Made by a program: the position numbers and the translations under genes. From Nemertoderma westbladi (taxonomy: Eukaryota; Animalia; Xenacoelomorpha), in contig JAUCBJ010002846.1 of NCBI GenBank assembly GCA_032718475.1, positions 1 to 64,000 of the forward strand: 64,000 nt of DNA. The letters are read 5' to 3'. Under the pieces are notes generated by a model. It made no database searches and was not told where the DNA came from. It saw only the letters and a list, made by a program, of their open reading frames with translations. Positions 63,401-64,000 of this stretch are shown here, in pieces; the first letter of the stretch is position 1; each line of letters begins with the position of its first letter.

Positions 63401-64000
63401 AGTGGTACCCGTATGCTAATCTAGCTTACTTCTTGGCTCGGCCCACGACAGCGGTACCCGTATGCTAATCTAGCTTACTTCTTGGCTCGCCCCACGACAG
63501 TGGTACCCGTATACTAAGCTAGCTTACTTCTTGGCTCGCCCCACGACAGTGGTACCCGTAAGCTAATCTAGCTTACTTCTTTGCTCGGCCCACGACAGTG
63601 GTACCCGTATGCTAATCTAGCTTACTTCTTGGCTCGCCCCACGACAGTGGTACCCGTATGCTAATCTAGCTTACTTCTTGGCTCGGCCCACGACAGTGGT
63701 ACCCGTATGCAATCTAGCTTACTTCTTGGCTCGGCCCACGACAGTGGTACCCGTATGCTAATCTAGCTTACTTCTTGGCTCGGCCCACGACAGTGGTACC
63801 CGTATGCTAATCTAGCTTACTTCTTGGCTCGCCCCACGACAGTGGTACCCGTATGCTAATCTAGCTTACTTCTTGGCTCGGCCCACGACAGTGGTACCCG
63901 TATGCAATCTAGCTTACTTCTTGGCTCGGCCCACGACAGCGGTACCCGTATGCTAATCTAGCTTACTTCTTGGCTCGCCCCACGACAGTGGTACCCGTAT
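51419..64000. repeat. 49-bp satellite (GCTAATCTAGCTTACTTCTTGGCTCGGCCCACGACAGTGGTACCCGTAT), >250 copies, with higher-order structure; runs off the right edge
   Basis: Period of 49; variant monomers recur at kb-scale spacings. Confidence 0.97.

Noticed and set aside
20914-64000. CRISPR-like or RT-associated prokaryotic system
   Set aside because: Repeats are head-to-tail with no unique spacers, no cas genes; the RT is a eukaryotic LINE ORF2

Overview
AT-rich animal (probably invertebrate) genomic DNA, about 80% tandem repeat by my estimate. It holds the 3' half of a TBC1D1/TBC1D4 (AS160/pollux)-family Rab-GAP gene on the + strand. I reconstructed six coding exons by hand (1221-1537, 2328-2475, 14433-14564, 16514-16681, 20246-20417 and probably 49505-49698), joined by phase-compatible GT-AG introns. 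The most striking feature is that several arrays are amplified copies of the gene's own splice junctions. An 11.7-kb array (~435 x 27 bp) repeats the 3' splice site plus the first codons of the 14433 exon. A 36/46-bp array repeats the 5' splice site of the 1221 exon 18 times. In both, only the terminal copy keeps the reading frame open; the decoy sites lead to an in-frame stop. Other arrays carry TACTAAC branch-point motifs, start at a donor or at the stop codon, or carry a minus-strand GTAAGC donor-like motif. A 22-kb 50-bp satellite grew from the interior of a dispersed repeat. It contains a 5'-truncated LINE that was later tandemly duplicated, and one copy was interrupted by an unclassified 3-kb insertion. 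Also present: a foldback element with ~550-bp TIRs, MITEs, CR1/RTE remnants and tRNA-like promoter remnants. No prokaryotic features or CRISPR arrays.
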